A stretch of DNA of 64,000 nucleotides from Alphaproteobacteria bacterium (GTDB taxonomy: Bacteria > Pseudomonadota > Alphaproteobacteria > Bin95), in the NCBI GenBank assembly GCA_964291285.2, contig OZ219786.1, positions 864,001 to 928,000 of the forward strand, written 5' to 3'. Below are positions 19,164 to 31,357 of this stretch, in pieces. Position 1 is the first letter of the stretch. Every line of letters starts with the position of its first letter. The notes under the pieces were generated by a model. It was not told where the DNA came from. It searched no databases and saw only the letters and a list, made by a program, of their open reading frames with translations. The translations under genes and the position numbers were made by a program.

Positions 19164-21494
19164 ATGACCAGGAGCATGCTCATCGACGCAGCGCACCCGG
19201 AAGAAACCCGGATCGCTGTCGTAAACGAACGCCGGCTTGAGGACTTCGACTACGAAGCCGCTGCCCGGACGACCCTGAAAGGCAATATCTATCTCGGCAA
19301 GATCGCCCGTGTCGAAGCGTCGCTGCAGGCGGCCTTCGTCGATTACGGCGGCAACCGGCACGGTTTCCTGCCCTTCGCGGACATCCACCCCGACTATTAC
19401 CGGCTGCCGCAGGAAGACCGCCAGGCGCTGATCGAGGAGGAAGCGGCCGCGCGCCGCGAAAGCGACCTCGAAGGCGGCGATGTCGAGGATGACGACGCCG
19501 AAGAGGCCGAGGCCCAGGCCAACGGCCGCGACGACGCGCAGGAGGACCGGCGCCGGGCCAGCAGGCTGCGCCGGCAATACAAGATCCAGGAGGTCATCAA
19601 GCGCCGCCAGATCGTGCTGGTGCAGGTCTCCAAGGAAGAGCGCGGCACCAAGGGGGCGGCGCTCACCACCTATCTCTCGCTCGCCGGACGCTATTGCGTG
19701 CTGATGCCGAACACCGGGCATGGCGGCGGCATATCGCGCAAGATCACCAACGCGGCCGACCGGCGCAAGCTGAAGACCATCGTCGAAGGCCTGGATGTGT
19801 CCGACGGCATGGCGGTCATCATGCGGACCGCCGGCATCAAGCGCACCAAGACCGAGATCAAGCGCGACTACGACTTCCTGACGCGCACCTGGGAAGGCAT
19901 CCGCGAGGACACGCTGTCGAGCACCGCGCCGGCCCTCATCTACGAGGAAGCCGACCTCGTGAAGCGTGCGATCCGCGACATTTACGGGCGGGACATCGAC
20001 GAGGTGCTGGTCGAGGGCGACCGGGCCTATCGCAGCGCCAAGGACTTCATGAAGGCGCTGATGCCGAGCCACGCGAAACGGGTGCAGCAATACAAGGACC
20101 ACACGGAGCCGCTGTTCGTCGCCCACGGCATCGAGGACCAGCTTTACGACCTGCACACGGCGCGGGTGGAGCTTCCGTCCGGCGGCTATCTGGTCATCGA
20201 TTCGACCGAAGCGCTGGTGGCCATCGACGTGAACTCCGGGCGCTCGACGCGCGAGCGCAATATCGAGGAGACCGCCGTCAAGACCAACCTCGAGGCGGCG
20301 GACGAAGTGGCCCGCCAACTCCGCCTGCGCGACCTTGCCGGCATCATCGTCATCGACTTCATCGACATGGACGACCGGCGCAACAACTCCCAGGTCGAGC
20401 GCAGGCTCAAGGACGCGCTCGGCAGCGACCGGGCCCGCGTCCAGGTCGGGCGGATCAGCGCGCTCGGGCTGCTGGAGATGTCGCGCCAGCGGCTCCGCCC
20501 GAGCATTCTCGAAAGCAGCACCGTCGTCTGCCCGCACTGCAACGGCACCGGCTTCGTCCGGTCGGTCGAATCGAGCGCCCTGCAGACCGCCCGCGCCATC
20601 GAGCAGGAGGCGCTGAGCGGCGGTCCCGGCGTGCTGTCGGTGTATCTCTCCACCGACACGGCGCTCTATCTGCTCAACTACAAGCGGAACCTGCTGAACC
20701 GCCTCGCCGGCGACCACGGGGTCGAAGTCCTGCTTCAGCGGGACGATTCGCAGCCGCCCGGCGCCTGGCGCTTCGAGAGCCTCTTGCCGAAACCCCGCGA
20801 GGAGGACGCCGCAGCCGGGCCGGCCCCGGCCGACGCCGCCGACGGGGAAACAGGGCCCGAGGCCGAAGACGAAGACGAGGACGAGGACGGCGGGGCGAAG
20901 CGCCGGCGCCGCAGCCGGCGGGGCGGCCGGCGGCGGAGGAACGGCGTATCCGAGGAGGCCGCAACGGCCGAGGCGGCGTCCGCCCCCGATTCCGGCGAGG
21001 CCGAAACCGCCGCCGAGGAGGCGCCGAAGCCGCCGCGCCGCAGACGCCGCGCCGCTGCGGCCGCCGAGCCGGAGCCGGCCGCGCAGGAGCCCGAGGCTCC
21101 TCCCGCCGCGGAGGCGGATGCAGCGGAGGCCGTCGAGGAGGCGCCGAAGCCGAGGCGGCGGCGCCGGACGCGCAAGAAGGAGGAAGCGCCGGCCGAGCCG
21201 GCCGCGGAACCCGCAGCGGAAGAGGCCGAAGCCGCCCCTCCGGTGGAAACGGAGGCCGCGGAAGCGCCGGAGGAGGCCCCGAAGCCGAGACGCCGCCGAA
21301 CCCGCCGCAAGAAGGAAGACGCCCCCGAGGCCGCCGCTGCCGAAGCGCAACCGCAGGAGGCGCCCGCCGCCGAACCCGCCGCGCAGGAAACACCGCCGCA
21401 GGAAACACCGCCGGAACCGGCCCCTGCTGCGGCCGGCGAGCCGGAAGCCCCGCGCCGGGCCGGATGGTGGCGGCGGCAGCTGAACCTGGTCTGA
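19164..21494 (+). CDS. rne: Ribonuclease E/G
   Basis: GNIYLGKI, AIDVNSG, IDFIDM and CPHCNGTG motifs; acidic/Arg-rich disordered C-terminus. Confidence 0.96.
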   Translation: MTRSMLIDAAHPEETRIAVVNERRLEDFDYEAAARTTLKGNIYLGKIARVEASLQAAFVDYGGNRHGFLPFADIHPDYYRLPQEDRQALIEEEAAARRESDLEGGDVEDDDAEEAEAQANGRDDAQEDRRRASRLRRQYKIQEVIKRRQIVLVQVSKEERGTKGAALTTYLSLAGRYCVLMPNTGHGGGISRKITNAADRRKLKTIVEGLDVSDGMAVIMRTAGIKRTKTEIKRDYDFLTRTWEGIREDTLSSTAPALIYEEADLVKRAIRDIYGRDIDEVLVEGDRAYRSAKDFMKALMPSHAKRVQQYKDHTEPLFVAHGIEDQLYDLHTARVELPSGGYLVIDSTEALVAIDVNSGRSTRERNIEETAVKTNLEAADEVARQLRLRDLAGIIVIDFIDMDDRRNNSQVERRLKDALGSDRARVQVGRISALGLLEMSRQRLRPSILESSTVVCPHCNGTGFVRSVESSALQTARAIEQEALSGGPGVLSVYLSTDTALYLLNYKRNLLNRLAGDHGVEVLLQRDDSQPPGAWRFESLLPKPREEDAAAGPAPADAADGETGPEAEDEDEDEDGGAKRRRRSRRGGRRRRNGVSEEAATAEAASAPDSGEAETAAEEAPKPPRRRRRAAAAAEPEPAAQEPEAPPAAEADAAEAVEEAPKPRRRRRTRKKEEAPAEPAAEPAAEEAEAAPPVETEAAEAPEEAPKPRRRRTRRKKEDAPEAAAAEAQPQEAPAAEPAAQETPPQETPPEPAPAAAGEPEAPRRAGWWRRQLNLV

Positions 21495-21521
21495 TCCGCA
21501 ACGAAAGGACGCGACCGCGCC

Positions 21522-22322
21522 ATGACGACCAACGGCAAGATGGAACTGCGCTTCGACGGAAGCGTGGCAATCCTCGCCTTCAACGACCCGGCGGTGCTGA
21601 ACGCGATAGGCCACCGGATGCGCGAGGACTTCTCCGCCGCGCTGGACCGCATCGAGGCGAGCGACGCGCGCTGCATCCTGCTGACGGGCAACGGCCGGGC
21701 CTTCTGTTCCGGCGCGAACCTGAACGATCCGGACCGCCCGCCCCGCGACCGGGAGGCGGAAGCGCGCGGCGAGCAGAAGGGCGACCTCGAAGGCTGGTAC
21801 AACCCGACCCTCGAGCGCCTGCGCGCTTCTCCCGTCCCGGTCGTGTCCGCGGTCAACGGCGTCGCCGCCGGCATCGGCATGAGCTTCGCGCTCTCGGCCG
21901 ACATCCGCATGGCCGCCAGGTCCGGCTATTTCCTCCAGGCCTTCGCGCGCATCGGCCTCGTGCCCGACGGCGGGGCCACATGGATCCTGCCGCGCCTCAT
22001 CGGCATGGCCCGCGCCATGGAGCTCTCCATGCTTGCGGAGAGGCTGCCGGCCGAGACGGCGCTCGAATGGGGCATGGTCAACCGGGTCGTGGACGACGAG
22101 GCGCTGATGGACGAGGCGATGACGATGGCGCGCCGGCTCGCCGGCGGCCCGGCTTCGCTCGGCCTGATCCGCCGGCTCTACTGGCAGAGCCTGGAACAGG
22201 GCTACAGCGCACAGCTCAAGCTGGAGGCCGATACCCAGACCGTCGCCGGCCAGACGCGCGACTATGAGGAAGGCGTCGCCGCCTTCCGGGAGAAGCGCCC
22301 CGCCGCCTTCTCGGGCCGCTGA
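21522..22322 (+). CDS. Enoyl-CoA hydratase/isomerase (crotonase, PaaG-like)
   Basis: GRAFCSGA, AVNGVAAG and IGLVPDGG motifs. Confidence 0.92.
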   Translation: MTTNGKMELRFDGSVAILAFNDPAVLNAIGHRMREDFSAALDRIEASDARCILLTGNGRAFCSGANLNDPDRPPRDREAEARGEQKGDLEGWYNPTLERLRASPVPVVSAVNGVAAGIGMSFALSADIRMAARSGYFLQAFARIGLVPDGGATWILPRLIGMARAMELSMLAERLPAETALEWGMVNRVVDDEALMDEAMTMARRLAGGPASLGLIRRLYWQSLEQGYSAQLKLEADTQTVAGQTRDYEEGVAAFREKRPAAFSGR

Positions 22323-22840
22323 GGGGCGCCTCTACCCGCTCCGGCGCAGGAACGAGGCGAGACCGCCCATCGAGGCCTCGACATCCTTGGTAACCGCCTA
22401 AATCGCCTTCCAAAGACAGCACTTGACCAATATAGCCAATACGTCGGCATAGTAACATATGGCGTTGTAGCCTAGACGGAGGGCCGAAGTACCTGGCACT
22501 GATGGTGTCAAGGCGCCCAACGTACCGAGAGGTATCTTGGGTACACTCGTCAGCCGAAAAGAATCGGTGATGTATCTCACCCGCGCGCTGTTTTGCGACG
22601 ACCCTGTTTTGTCGCGCCTACGCAAATCCATGGATTGGCAGCATCCGCATCCAGCGGGTGCCCCCGATGTTCCCCAGCGGCAGGACCATGCCCGGCCCTG
22701 CCGTTTGGGGCATGATCCCTTTCGGTTGAAGCAGCCCTGTCCAGCAGCCCTCAATCATCGCTCCGGACACCGGCAGGACCAGCCGGGGCGGCGAAGACGG
22801 ATAAGCGCCGACCGGGTTGCCTCCGGGGAAACCGGCCCGC

Positions 22841-23845
22841 TCAGGCCGCCGCGAGCGCCGCTGCCGTGTCGGACATGCGGTTGGAGAAGCCCCACTCATT
22901 GTCGTACCAGGCCATGACGCGCACGAAGCTGCCGTCTATGACCTTGGTCTGGGTCGAGTCGAACACGGCGCTGTGCGGATCGTGGTTGAAGTCGGCGGAC
23001 ACCAGCGGGGCCTCGTTGACGCCGAGAATGCCCTTGAGCCGGCCCCCGGCGGCTTCTGCAATCGCGTCGTTCACCTCGTCTTCGGTCGTGCCGCGGCCGG
23101 CGGAGAACTTGAAGTCGATCAGCGAGACGTTCGCGGTCGGCACGCGCACCGAGGTGCCGTCCAGCTTGCCGGCGAGCTCCGGCAGCACCAGCCCGACGGC
23201 GCGGGCGGCGCCCGTCGAGGTCGGGATCATGGACTGGCCCGCCGCCCGCGCGCGGCGGAGGTCGCCATGCAGCGTGTCGAGGATCGCCTGGTCGCCGGTG
23301 AAGGCGTGGATCGTGGTCATGAAGCCGCGCTCGATGCCGACCGCGCGGTGCAGCACCTGCGCCACCGGGGCGAGGCAGTTGGTGGTGCAGGAGGCGTTGG
23401 AGACGACGGTGTGGCCGGCCTCCAGCCCCTCATGGTTGACGCCATAGACCACCGTAAGGTCTGCATTGTCCGCCGGGGCGGAGACCAGCACCTTGCGCGC
23501 GCCCGCCTCCAGATGCGCCGCGGCCTTGGCCTTGCTGGCGAAGATGCCGGTGCATTCGAGCACGATGTCGATGCCGAGCTTGCCCCAGGGCAGGTCCGCC
23601 GGATTGCGCTCGGCCATCACCTCGATGGACCGCCCGGCGACCTCGATGCTGCTGCCGGACGCCTTGACCTCGAACGGCAGGGTGCCGTGGGTCGAATCGT
23701 ATTTCAGCAGATGCGCGTTCGCCTCGACCGAGCCCAGATCGTTGACCGCGACGAACTCCAGATCGTTGCGCCCCGATTCCAGCGCCGCGCGCAGCGCCAG
23801 CCGGCCGATGCGCCCGAAACCGTTGATTGCGACCCTGGCTGTCAT
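22841..23845 (-). CDS. gap: Type I glyceraldehyde-3-phosphate dehydrogenase
   Basis: [21 protein letters not shown] and WYDNEWG motifs. Confidence 0.98.
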   Translation of the reverse strand: MTARVAINGFGRIGRLALRAALESGRNDLEFVAVNDLGSVEANAHLLKYDSTHGTLPFEVKASGSSIEVAGRSIEVMAERNPADLPWGKLGIDIVLECTGIFASKAKAAAHLEAGARKVLVSAPADNADLTVVYGVNHEGLEAGHTVVSNASCTTNCLAPVAQVLHRAVGIERGFMTTIHAFTGDQAILDTLHGDLRRARAAGQSMIPTSTGAARAVGLVLPELAGKLDGTSVRVPTANVSLIDFKFSAGRGTTEDEVNDAIAEAAGGRLKGILGVNEAPLVSADFNHDPHSAVFDSTQTKVIDGSFVRVMAWYDNEWGFSNRMSDTAAALAAA

Positions 23846-23881
23846 GGCCTTCGCCTCCCTTGCTCGTTCCGCGCCCGCCGC

Positions 23882-25858
23882 TCAGCCGAGCCGGGCGCGC
23901 ACCTCCTCGACCACCCGCGCGGCCGTGATACCGAAATGCTCGTACAGCGCCGGGGCCGGCCCCGAGGCGCCGAAGCCGTCGATCCCGACCACCGCCCCGC
24001 CCGGGCCCACATGCCGCTCCCAGCCGAAGGATGAAGCCGCCTCGACCGCGACGCGCACCGGCCCCTCCGGCAGCACACGCGCGCGGTAGGCGGCGTCCTG
24101 ACGCTCGAACAGTTCCATCGACGGCATGGAGACCACGCGTGTTGGCGCGCCCGAGCCGTCGAGCGCCGCCTTCGCCTCCATCGCGATGCCGACCTCGGAG
24201 CCCGTGGCGATCAGCACCGCCGCCGGCGCGCCCTCGCAGTCGGCGAGCACATAAGCCCCGCGCGCCGAGAGGTTCTCCGCCGCCGGCTCCGTGCGGGCGG
24301 CGGGCACGCCCTGGCGCGTCAGCGCGAGCACGGACGGTCCCTTGAGCGAGAGCGCGACCTCCCAGCATTCCGCCGTTTCCACCGCGTCGGCCGGGCGCAT
24401 GGTGACGAGGCCCGGCATGGCGCGCAGGCTCGCCAGATGCTCGATGGGCTGGTGCGTCGGCCCGTCTTCGCCAAGCCCGATGGAATCGTGCGTCATGACG
24501 AAGATCGACCGGATGCCCATCAGCGCCGCGAGGCGGATGGAGGGCCGGCAATAGTCGGTGAAGGTCAGGAAGGTGGCGCCGTAGGGGATGACGCCGCCAT
24601 GCAGCGCCATGCCGTTCATCGCCGCCGCCATGCCGTGTTCGCGCACGCCGTAATGCAGGTAGCGGCCGCCGTAATTGTCCGCGTTCCAGGGTTCCAGACC
24701 GGGCGTCAGCGTGCCGTTGGAGCCGGTGAGGTCGGCCGAGCCGCCGATGGTCTCCGGGAGCGCCGCGTTCACCGCGCCGAGCGCGCGCTGCGACGCCTGC
24801 CGGGTGGCCAGCTTCGGCGGCTCCGCCAGCAGGCCCGCCTTGTAGTCCGCCATCGCGGCCTCGAAGCCGGCCGGCAGCGCGCCGCTCGTCCGGCGCTCGA
24901 ACTCCGCCCGGTCCGCGCTCGCCTCCAGCCGTTTCTGCCACGCCTCGCGCGCCGCCCTGCCCCACGCGCCGGCTTCGCGCCAGGCCGCGGCGATGTCGTT
25001 CGGGATGGTGAAGGGGGCATGGGACCAGCCGAGCGCCTCGCGCGCCGCCGCCACCTCCTCCGCGCCGAGCGGCGCGCCGTGCGAGGCCGCCGTCCCGGCC
25101 TTGGTCGGCGCGCCGAGCGCAATGGTCGTGCGGCAGGAGATGAGCGACGGGCGCGGGTCGGCGAGCGCGGCGTCGATAGCGCGCGCGATGTCCTCCGTGT
25201 CGTGGCCGTCGCAAGCCGTCGTGTGCCAGCCGCAGGCCTCGAAGCGCCCGGCCGGGTCGTCCGACATGGCGAGCGCGGTCGGCCCGTCGATGGAGATGCC
25301 GTTGTCGTCATAGAGGACGATCAGCCGCCCGAGCCGCAGGTGGCCCGCAAGCGCGGCGGCCTCGTGCGACACGCCTTCCATCATGTCGCCGTCGCTCGCG
25401 ATCACCCAGCAGCGATGGTCCACGAGGCTGTCGCCGAAGGCGGCATTCACCGCGCGCTCGGCGATGGCCATGCCGACCGCCGTGGCGATGCCCTGCCCGA
25501 GCGGCCCGGTCGTGGTCTCGACGCCGGGGCTGTGCCCGTATTCGGGATGGCCCGGCGTGGCGCTGCCGAGCTGGCGGAACCGCTCGATCTCGCGCATGTC
25601 CATGCCGGGATAGCCCGCCAGGTGCAGCAGGCCGTATAGCAGCATCGAGCCGTGCCCGGCGGAGAGCACGAACCGGTCCCGGTCCGGCCAGTCGGGAGCG
25701 CCGGCGTCGTAGCGCAGATAGCGCGTGAACAGCACCGCCGCCACGTCCGCCATGCCCATCGGCATGCCCGGATGGCCGGAATTCGCTTGCTCGACGGCGT
25801 CCATCGCAAGCGCGCGCAAAGCGTTCGCCATGGAGGCGAGGTCAGGTCGGGCGGACAT
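23882..25858 (-). CDS. tkt: Transketolase
   Basis: [23 protein letters not shown] and [11 protein letters not shown] motifs. Confidence 0.98.
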   Translation of the reverse strand: MSARPDLASMANALRALAMDAVEQANSGHPGMPMGMADVAAVLFTRYLRYDAGAPDWPDRDRFVLSAGHGSMLLYGLLHLAGYPGMDMREIERFRQLGSATPGHPEYGHSPGVETTTGPLGQGIATAVGMAIAERAVNAAFGDSLVDHRCWVIASDGDMMEGVSHEAAALAGHLRLGRLIVLYDDNGISIDGPTALAMSDDPAGRFEACGWHTTACDGHDTEDIARAIDAALADPRPSLISCRTTIALGAPTKAGTAASHGAPLGAEEVAAAREALGWSHAPFTIPNDIAAAWREAGAWGRAAREAWQKRLEASADRAEFERRTSGALPAGFEAAMADYKAGLLAEPPKLATRQASQRALGAVNAALPETIGGSADLTGSNGTLTPGLEPWNADNYGGRYLHYGVREHGMAAAMNGMALHGGVIPYGATFLTFTDYCRPSIRLAALMGIRSIFVMTHDSIGLGEDGPTHQPIEHLASLRAMPGLVTMRPADAVETAECWEVALSLKGPSVLALTRQGVPAARTEPAAENLSARGAYVLADCEGAPAAVLIATGSEVGIAMEAKAALDGSGAPTRVVSMPSMELFERQDAAYRARVLPEGPVRVAVEAASSFGWERHVGPGGAVVGIDGFGASGPAPALYEHFGITAARVVEEVRARLG

Positions 25859-26004
25859 GGGAACAGGGCGGTCCGGAATTGAAGGCGTCGGGGCCGGCAA
25901 AATGCCCGCCCCGGACCGCCGCCGTCAACACGGCCGGACAGCGGTTTGTTGACGCTGGCGAATGCGGACTGTCAAATAAGGGCCGTAACGGGGCCGGAAA
26001 CCGC

Positions 26005-26211
26005 ATGACCGGAAACGAAGCCGTCATTTCGCGCATCGAAGCGGCGCTTTCGCGTATCGACGCCGCCTTGGAGCGGCTCGATTCAGCCCCTGCGGGAAAC
26101 CCGGAAGCCGAAACCGAGATCGCCGCGCTCCGGGCCCTGCACGGCGAGATTGCAGCGCGCCTCGACGCCGCCATAGCCCGCCTCGATGCGGCGGTCGAGA
26201 GCGGGGAGTAG
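26005..26211 (+). CDS. Small coiled-coil protein upstream of zapA (DUF4164-like)
   Basis: Heptad-rich 68-aa protein in the conserved position between tkt and zapA. Confidence 0.65.
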   Translation: MTGNEAVISRIEAALSRIDAALERLDSAPAGNPEAETEIAALRALHGEIAARLDAAIARLDAAVESGE

Positions 26212-26216
26212 CGCCC

Positions 26217-26525
26217 TTGGCCCAGGTCGCGATCACGATCAACGACAAGCAATACAGCCTCTCCTGCGACGACGGCCAGGAAGAGCGCATCCGGGCGGCG
26301 GGCGCGCTGCTGAACGCCGGGGTCGGCGAGCTTGCGGCCCAGATAGGCCGGGTGAACGACCTCAACCTCGTGGTCATGGCGAGCGTGATGCTGGCCGACG
26401 ACCTCATCCGGGAGCGGGCGGCCCGGAAGCAGGAGGAGGCGCCCGACCTTGAAGAACTGGCCATGGCGCTCGAATATCTCGCCGACAAGGTCGAGTCGGT
26501 TGCGTCCAGATTCGCGCCCGAATAG
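26217..26525 (+). CDS. zapA: Cell division protein ZapA
   Basis: MAQVAITINDKQYSLSCDDGQE N-terminus; genomic context. Confidence 0.9.
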   Translation: MAQVAITINDKQYSLSCDDGQEERIRAAGALLNAGVGELAAQIGRVNDLNLVVMASVMLADDLIRERAARKQEEAPDLEELAMALEYLADKVESVASRFAPE

Positions 26526-26532
26526 AGTCGCC

Positions 26533-26692
26533 GCGAAGCTGCCCGGTGCGTTTGGCTAACGAAATCCCGGGGCCGTTACCGAAACTCCAGGGAGTTGTCC
26601 CTGCCGGAGTCCTGGCTTCGGCACACGACGCCCACCTCAATGGCGAGGGTCCCGGAGGATTGGCTTGAGACCGACGGCCAGGGCGGCTTCGC
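26533..26692 (+). ncRNA. ssrS: 6S RNA
   Basis: About 160 nt between zapA and ygfA; closing stem GCGAAGCTGCCC/GGGCGGCTTCGC and inner stem CCGGGGCC/GGTCCCGG. Confidence 0.85.
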
Positions 26693-26712
26693 TTGCCTCC
26701 GCCAAGGCGGCC

Positions 26713-27207
26713 ATGCGGCGCGAAATGCTGCGGCGGCGGGCAGGCTTTCCGCCGGCAGCGCTTTGCCCCGACGCGGCGCTCGAAGGGTGGTGCATCGCGG
26801 GCTACTGGCCCGTCAGGGGGGAAATCGACCCCCGCCCGCTGCTGCAGGCGCTCGGCCGGCCGGTGGCGCTGCCGGTGACGGGACCGCAGGGCACGGTGCT
26901 GGAGTTCCGCCTCTGGCGGCCGGGAGACAGGATGGTGCCCGGTCCCTTCGGCATCATGGAGCCGACGGGACCGGCGGCGGAGCCGGACGTGCTGCTAGTG
27001 CCGCTGCTCGCCTTCGACGCCCGCGGCAACCGCCTCGGCTACGGCGGCGGCTATTACGACCGGACGATTGCGGCGACGGGCGCCCTTGCCATCGGTGCGG
27101 CCCATGCGGCACAGGAGGTGGCGGCCGTGCCCGTCGGGCCGGACGACCGGCCGCTTGCCGGCGTCCTGACGGAAACCGGCCTCGGATTTTTCCAGCGGAG
27201 AGCGTGA
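26713..27207 (+). CDS. ygfA: 5-formyltetrahydrofolate cyclo-ligase
   Basis: LVPLLAFD.RGNRLGYGGGYYDR motif; start may lie slightly upstream. Confidence 0.93.
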   Translation: MRREMLRRRAGFPPAALCPDAALEGWCIAGYWPVRGEIDPRPLLQALGRPVALPVTGPQGTVLEFRLWRPGDRMVPGPFGIMEPTGPAAEPDVLLVPLLAFDARGNRLGYGGGYYDRTIAATGALAIGAAHAAQEVAAVPVGPDDRPLAGVLTETGLGFFQRRA

Positions 27208-27208
27208 C

Positions 27209-28030
27209 GTGCGAATCCTCTTTCTCGGCGATGTAGTGGCCCGCTCGGGCCGCGATGCGGTGGCAAAGGAGCTGCCGGAGCTGCGCCGCCGGCTCGCCGT
27301 GGACCTCGCCGTCGTCAACGGCGAGAACATGGCCCACGGCATCGGCATGATGCCGGACATGGTGGAAGGCCTGTTCAAGGCCGGGGCCGATGTCGTGACC
27401 TCCGGCAACCATGTCTGGGACCGCAAGGAGGTCATCCCCTACATGGAGGGCGAGCCGAGGCTGCTGCGCCCGATCAACTATCCGCCCGGCACGCCGGGAC
27501 GGGGGCTCGCCGAGGTGGTGCTGGACGACGGGCGCAGGGCAGTCGTCGTCAACGCGATGGCGCGCCTCTTCATGGACGCGCTGGACGATCCCTTCGCCAC
27601 GGTGCTGCGCGCGCTCAAGCGCTACCCGCTCGGCGGGGCGGCCGACGCGATCCTGATCGACTTTCACGGGGAGGCGAGCGCGGAGAAGATGGCCTTCGGG
27701 CATTTCTTCGACGGCGAGGTGTCGGTCGTGGTCGGCACCCATACCCACGTCCCGACCGCCGACGCCACGGTGCTGCCCAAGGGCACCGCCTACCAGACCG
27801 ACGCCGGCATGTGCGGCGACTACGACTCGGTCATCGGCATGGCCAAGGAGGAGCCGATGCGCCGCTTCGTGCGCAAGATGTCGGGCGGACGGCCGGAGCC
27901 CGCGGCGGGCCCGGCGACCGTATGCGGCCTCTTCATCGAAACCGACGACCGGACGGGGCTTGCGCTGAGCGCCGAGCCGGTGCGGGTCGGAGGCCGGCTC
28001 TCGCAGACCCTGCCCACCTGCGTTATATAG
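27209..28030 (+). CDS. YmdB/TIGR00282 metallophosphoesterase
   Basis: FLGDVV, VNGEN, SGNHVWD, DFHGEA and GTHTH motifs. Confidence 0.93.
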   Translation: MRILFLGDVVARSGRDAVAKELPELRRRLAVDLAVVNGENMAHGIGMMPDMVEGLFKAGADVVTSGNHVWDRKEVIPYMEGEPRLLRPINYPPGTPGRGLAEVVLDDGRRAVVVNAMARLFMDALDDPFATVLRALKRYPLGGAADAILIDFHGEASAEKMAFGHFFDGEVSVVVGTHTHVPTADATVLPKGTAYQTDAGMCGDYDSVIGMAKEEPMRRFVRKMSGGRPEPAAGPATVCGLFIETDDRTGLALSAEPVRVGGRLSQTLPTCVI

Positions 28031-28073
28031 CCACGGGTCCCGATTCCGCGGCGGCAAGAGGGCGCACAGGCCG

Positions 28074-28823
28074 ATGGCCGGACATTCGCAATTCAAGAAC
28101 ATCATGTACCGCAAGGGCGCGCAGGACGCGAAGCGCGCGCGCCTGTTCACCAAGATCGGGCGCGAGATCGAGGTGGCGGCGAAGCTCGGCTCCCCCGACC
28201 CCGACTCGAACCCCCGGCTGCGCTCCGCCATCCAGGCCGCCCGCGCCGCCAACATGCCGCGCGACCGCATCGATCGGGCGATGAAGCGCGCCGCCGGCGA
28301 CGGCGACGGGGCCGTCTACGAGGAGGTGCGCTACGAGGGATACGGGCCTGCCGGCGTCGCGGTGATCGTCGAGGCGCTGACCGACAACCGCAACCGCACG
28401 GCGGCCGATGTCCGCGCCGCCTTCTCCAAGAACGGCGGCTCGCTCGGCGAGACCGGCTCGGTGAGCTTCCTGTTCGACCGGGCCGGACTGATCCGGTTCT
28501 CCCGGGACGCCGCCGGCAGCGACGAGATTTTCGAGGCGGCGCTGGAAGCGGGCGCCGACGACATGGACTCCGACGACGACGGCCACGATGTGCTGACCGC
28601 GCCGGAAGACCTGCATGCGGTGCGCGAGGCGCTGGAACGGTCCATCGGAGAGCCGCAGGCGGCGCGGCTCATCTGGAAGCCGCAGACCCTCGTGCCTGTC
28701 GGGGAGGAACCGGCCGCCGTGCTCCTCAAGCTGCTCGAAGTGCTCGACGACCATGACGACGTGCAGAACGTCTCGGCCAATTACGACATGTCGGACGAGG
28801 TGCTCGCCCGGCTCGCCGGATGA
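28074..28823 (+). CDS. yebC: YebC/PmpR family protein
   Basis: [16 protein letters not shown] and TDNRNRT motifs. Confidence 0.96.
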   Translation: MAGHSQFKNIMYRKGAQDAKRARLFTKIGREIEVAAKLGSPDPDSNPRLRSAIQAARAANMPRDRIDRAMKRAAGDGDGAVYEEVRYEGYGPAGVAVIVEALTDNRNRTAADVRAAFSKNGGSLGETGSVSFLFDRAGLIRFSRDAAGSDEIFEAALEAGADDMDSDDDGHDVLTAPEDLHAVREALERSIGEPQAARLIWKPQTLVPVGEEPAAVLLKLLEVLDDHDDVQNVSANYDMSDEVLARLAG

Positions 28824-29317
28824 CCCGCGGCGGCCGCGTCATCGGGTTCGACCCCGGCTTGCGGGTCACGGGCTGGGGAATCGTCGACGCTCATGGCAGC
28901 CGTCTGGTCCACGTTGCCAACGGCGAACTCAAGCCGGACCCGAAGGCCGGGACGGCCGACCGGCTGGCCGAGCTCTTCGCCGGCGTGACGCAGGTGATCC
29001 GGCAATACGCACCCGACATGGCGGCGGTGGAAGAGGTATTCGTCCACCGCAGCCCGGCCGCGGCGCTGAAGCTCGGCATGGCGCGCGGCGCGGCGCTGGT
29101 GGCCGCGGCCAATGCCGGGTTGCCGGTGGCCGAATATGCTCCGAGGAGCGTGAAGAAGGCGCTGGTCGGCGCCGGCGGGGCGGACAAGGCGCAGGTGCAA
29201 TACATGATCGGAATCCTGCTGCCCGGCTGCAATCCGGCGGGCCCCGACGCTGCCGATGCGCTGGCGGTCGCGGTGACGCACGCGCACCGGATGCCCTTCG
29301 CGGCAGCGGCCGGATGA
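28820..29317 (+). CDS. ruvC: Holliday junction resolvase
   Basis: GFDPG..TGWG and DAADALAVA motifs. Confidence 0.96.
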   Translation: MTRGGRVIGFDPGLRVTGWGIVDAHGSRLVHVANGELKPDPKAGTADRLAELFAGVTQVIRQYAPDMAAVEEVFVHRSPAAALKLGMARGAALVAAANAGLPVAEYAPRSVKKALVGAGGADKAQVQYMIGILLPGCNPAGPDAADALAVAVTHAHRMPFAAAAG

Positions 29318-29907
29318 TCGGGCGGCTGACCGGCAGGGTCGGCCTCGGCGACGGCGAAGCGCTGATCGTGGATGTCGCCGGCGTCGGCTATCTGGTCCAG
29401 GCTTCCAGCCGCACCGCCGGGCGGCTGGAGAACGGCCGCGAGGCCACCCTCCTGGTCGAGACGCGGGTCCGCGAGGATTCGATCGCGCTTTACGGCTTCG
29501 CCGACGCAGCCGAGCGGGACTGGTTCCGACACCTGACCGCCGTGCAGGGCGTCGGCGGGCGCGTGGCGCTGGCCCTGCTGTCCGCGCTGTCTCCCGACGA
29601 GCTTGCGACTGCTCTGCTGGCCGAGGACCGCAAGGCGCTCACCCGCGCCGAGGGCGTCGGTCCGAGGCTCGCGGCGCGCATTGTCAACGAGCTGAAGGGC
29701 AAGGCCGAGATGCCGGCCGCGCCGCTCTCCTCCATACCCGGCGCCGCCGGGGCCGGCGGCGGGGACGAGCTGCTCTCGGCGCTGGTCAATCTCGGCTACG
29801 GGCGCTCCGAGGCGCTTGCGGCTGCGGCGGCGGCGAGGCGCAGCCTCGGCGAGGAGGCCGCTTTCGATGACCTGATCCGGGCGAGCCTTCGGGAGCTTGC
29901 CGGGTGA
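29314..29907 (+). CDS. ruvA: Holliday junction branch migration protein RuvA
   Basis: [18 protein letters not shown] and GVG HhH motifs. Confidence 0.96.
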   Translation: MIGRLTGRVGLGDGEALIVDVAGVGYLVQASSRTAGRLENGREATLLVETRVREDSIALYGFADAAERDWFRHLTAVQGVGGRVALALLSALSPDELATALLAEDRKALTRAEGVGPRLAARIVNELKGKAEMPAAPLSSIPGAAGAGGGDELLSALVNLGYGRSEALAAAAAARRSLGEEAAFDDLIRASLRELAG

Positions 29908-30926
29908 CGGAGGACCGCAGCGTCATGCCGGAACGCCGGCCGGGGGACCGCGACGCCGCGCTGCGTCCGGAAACGCTGGACGAATTCGTCGGCCAGGAAC
30001 GCCTCAGGCGGAACCTGAAGGTCTTCATCGACGCGGCCAGGGCGCGCGGCGAGGCGCTGGACCATGTGCTGTTCGTCGGGCCTCCGGGCCTCGGCAAGAC
30101 GACGCTCGCGCAGATCGTCGCCCGCGAACTGGGTGTCGGCTTCCGCGCGACTTCGGGCCCGGTCATCCTGCGCGCCGGCGACCTTGCGGCCCTGCTCACC
30201 AACCTCCAGCCGCGCGACGTGCTGTTCATCGACGAAATCCACCGCCTGAACCCGGCGGTCGAGGAAATCCTCTATCCGGCGCTGGAGGACTGCCAGCTCG
30301 ACCTGATGATCGGCGAGGGGCCGGCCGCGCGCTCGGTGCGCATCGACCTGCCGCCCTTCACCCTGGTCGGCGCCACGACGCGCGCCGGCCTGCTGACGAC
30401 GCCGCTGCGCGAACGCTTCGGAATTCCGCTGCGGCTCGAATTCTACGAGCCGGGGGAACTGGCGCGGATCGTGGCGCGCGCCGCCGGACTGCTCGGGATT
30501 CCGGCAAGCGAGGCCGGCGCGCTGGAGATCGCGCAGCGGGCGCGCGGCACGCCCCGGATTGCCGGGCGTCTTCTCCGCCGGGTCCACGACTTCGCTGCCG
30601 TCGCCGGCCGCGGCGAGATCGACGACGTGGCGGCGGACGCCGCGCTGGTGCAGCTGGAGGTGGACCGGCTCGGCCTGGACGCGATGGACCGGCGCTATAT
30701 GCGTTGCCTGGCCGAAGCCTATGGCGGCGGCCCGGCCGGAGCCGAAGCCCTGGCCGCCACGCTCGCCGAGCAGCGCGACGTGCTCGAGGAGGTGGTGGAG
30801 CCCTATCTCATCCGGGAGGCGCTGGTGCTGCGCACGCCACGCGGGCGCATGCTGTCGCGCCAGGGCTGGGAGTGTCTCGGCCTCACGCCGCCCCGGAGCG
30901 CGGCGGACCTGTTCGATGGAACATGA
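29904..30926 (+). CDS. ruvB: Holliday junction helicase RuvB
   Basis: [17 protein letters not shown] and RGTPRIA motifs. Confidence 0.97.
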   Translation: MTEDRSVMPERRPGDRDAALRPETLDEFVGQERLRRNLKVFIDAARARGEALDHVLFVGPPGLGKTTLAQIVARELGVGFRATSGPVILRAGDLAALLTNLQPRDVLFIDEIHRLNPAVEEILYPALEDCQLDLMIGEGPAARSVRIDLPPFTLVGATTRAGLLTTPLRERFGIPLRLEFYEPGELARIVARAAGLLGIPASEAGALEIAQRARGTPRIAGRLLRRVHDFAAVAGRGEIDDVAADAALVQLEVDRLGLDAMDRRYMRCLAEAYGGGPAGAEALAATLAEQRDVLEEVVEPYLIREALVLRTPRGRMLSRQGWECLGLTPPRSAADLFDGT

Positions 30927-31350
30927 CCCCGGGGGCGGGCGGCCCGGCCGGGAGGACCATGTCTTCCAGGTCCGGGCCTATTACGAGGACACCGACGCGG
31001 GCGGCATCGTCTATCACGCCGCCTATCTGCGCTTCGCCGAGCGCGCGCGCACCGAACTGCTTCGGGAGTTGGGCTACAGCAATCGCTCCATTGCGTTTGC
31101 CGTGGTCGATTGCACGATCCGCTACCACCGGCCCGCCGGGCTCGACGATGCGCTGGAAGTGCGTACGCGGCCGACGGACGCCGGCGGCGCGACATTGTCT
31201 CTGGCGCAGAGTATATGGCGGGCTGGCGAGTTGCTGGTGACGATTCGCATCCGCATCGCCAGACTTGGCGAAAATGGCCGCCCCAGGCGGCTCCCGGCGC
31301 AGTTGCGCCATGTTTTTGCCCAATTGCGGGGCGACATGGGGGAAGGTTAG
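30916..31350 (+). CDS. ybgC: YbgC acyl-CoA thioesterase
   Basis: [24 protein letters not shown] motif. Confidence 0.92.
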   Translation: MEHDPGGGRPGREDHVFQVRAYYEDTDAGGIVYHAAYLRFAERARTELLRELGYSNRSIAFAVVDCTIRYHRPAGLDDALEVRTRPTDAGGATLSLAQSIWRAGELLVTIRIRIARLGENGRPRRLPAQLRHVFAQLRGDMGEG

Positions 31351-31357
31351 GCGGTCT

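Noticed and set aside
20860-21480. Tandem EEAPKPRRRR repeats in RNase E
   Set aside because: This is the normal low-complexity scaffold region of alphaproteobacterial RNase E.
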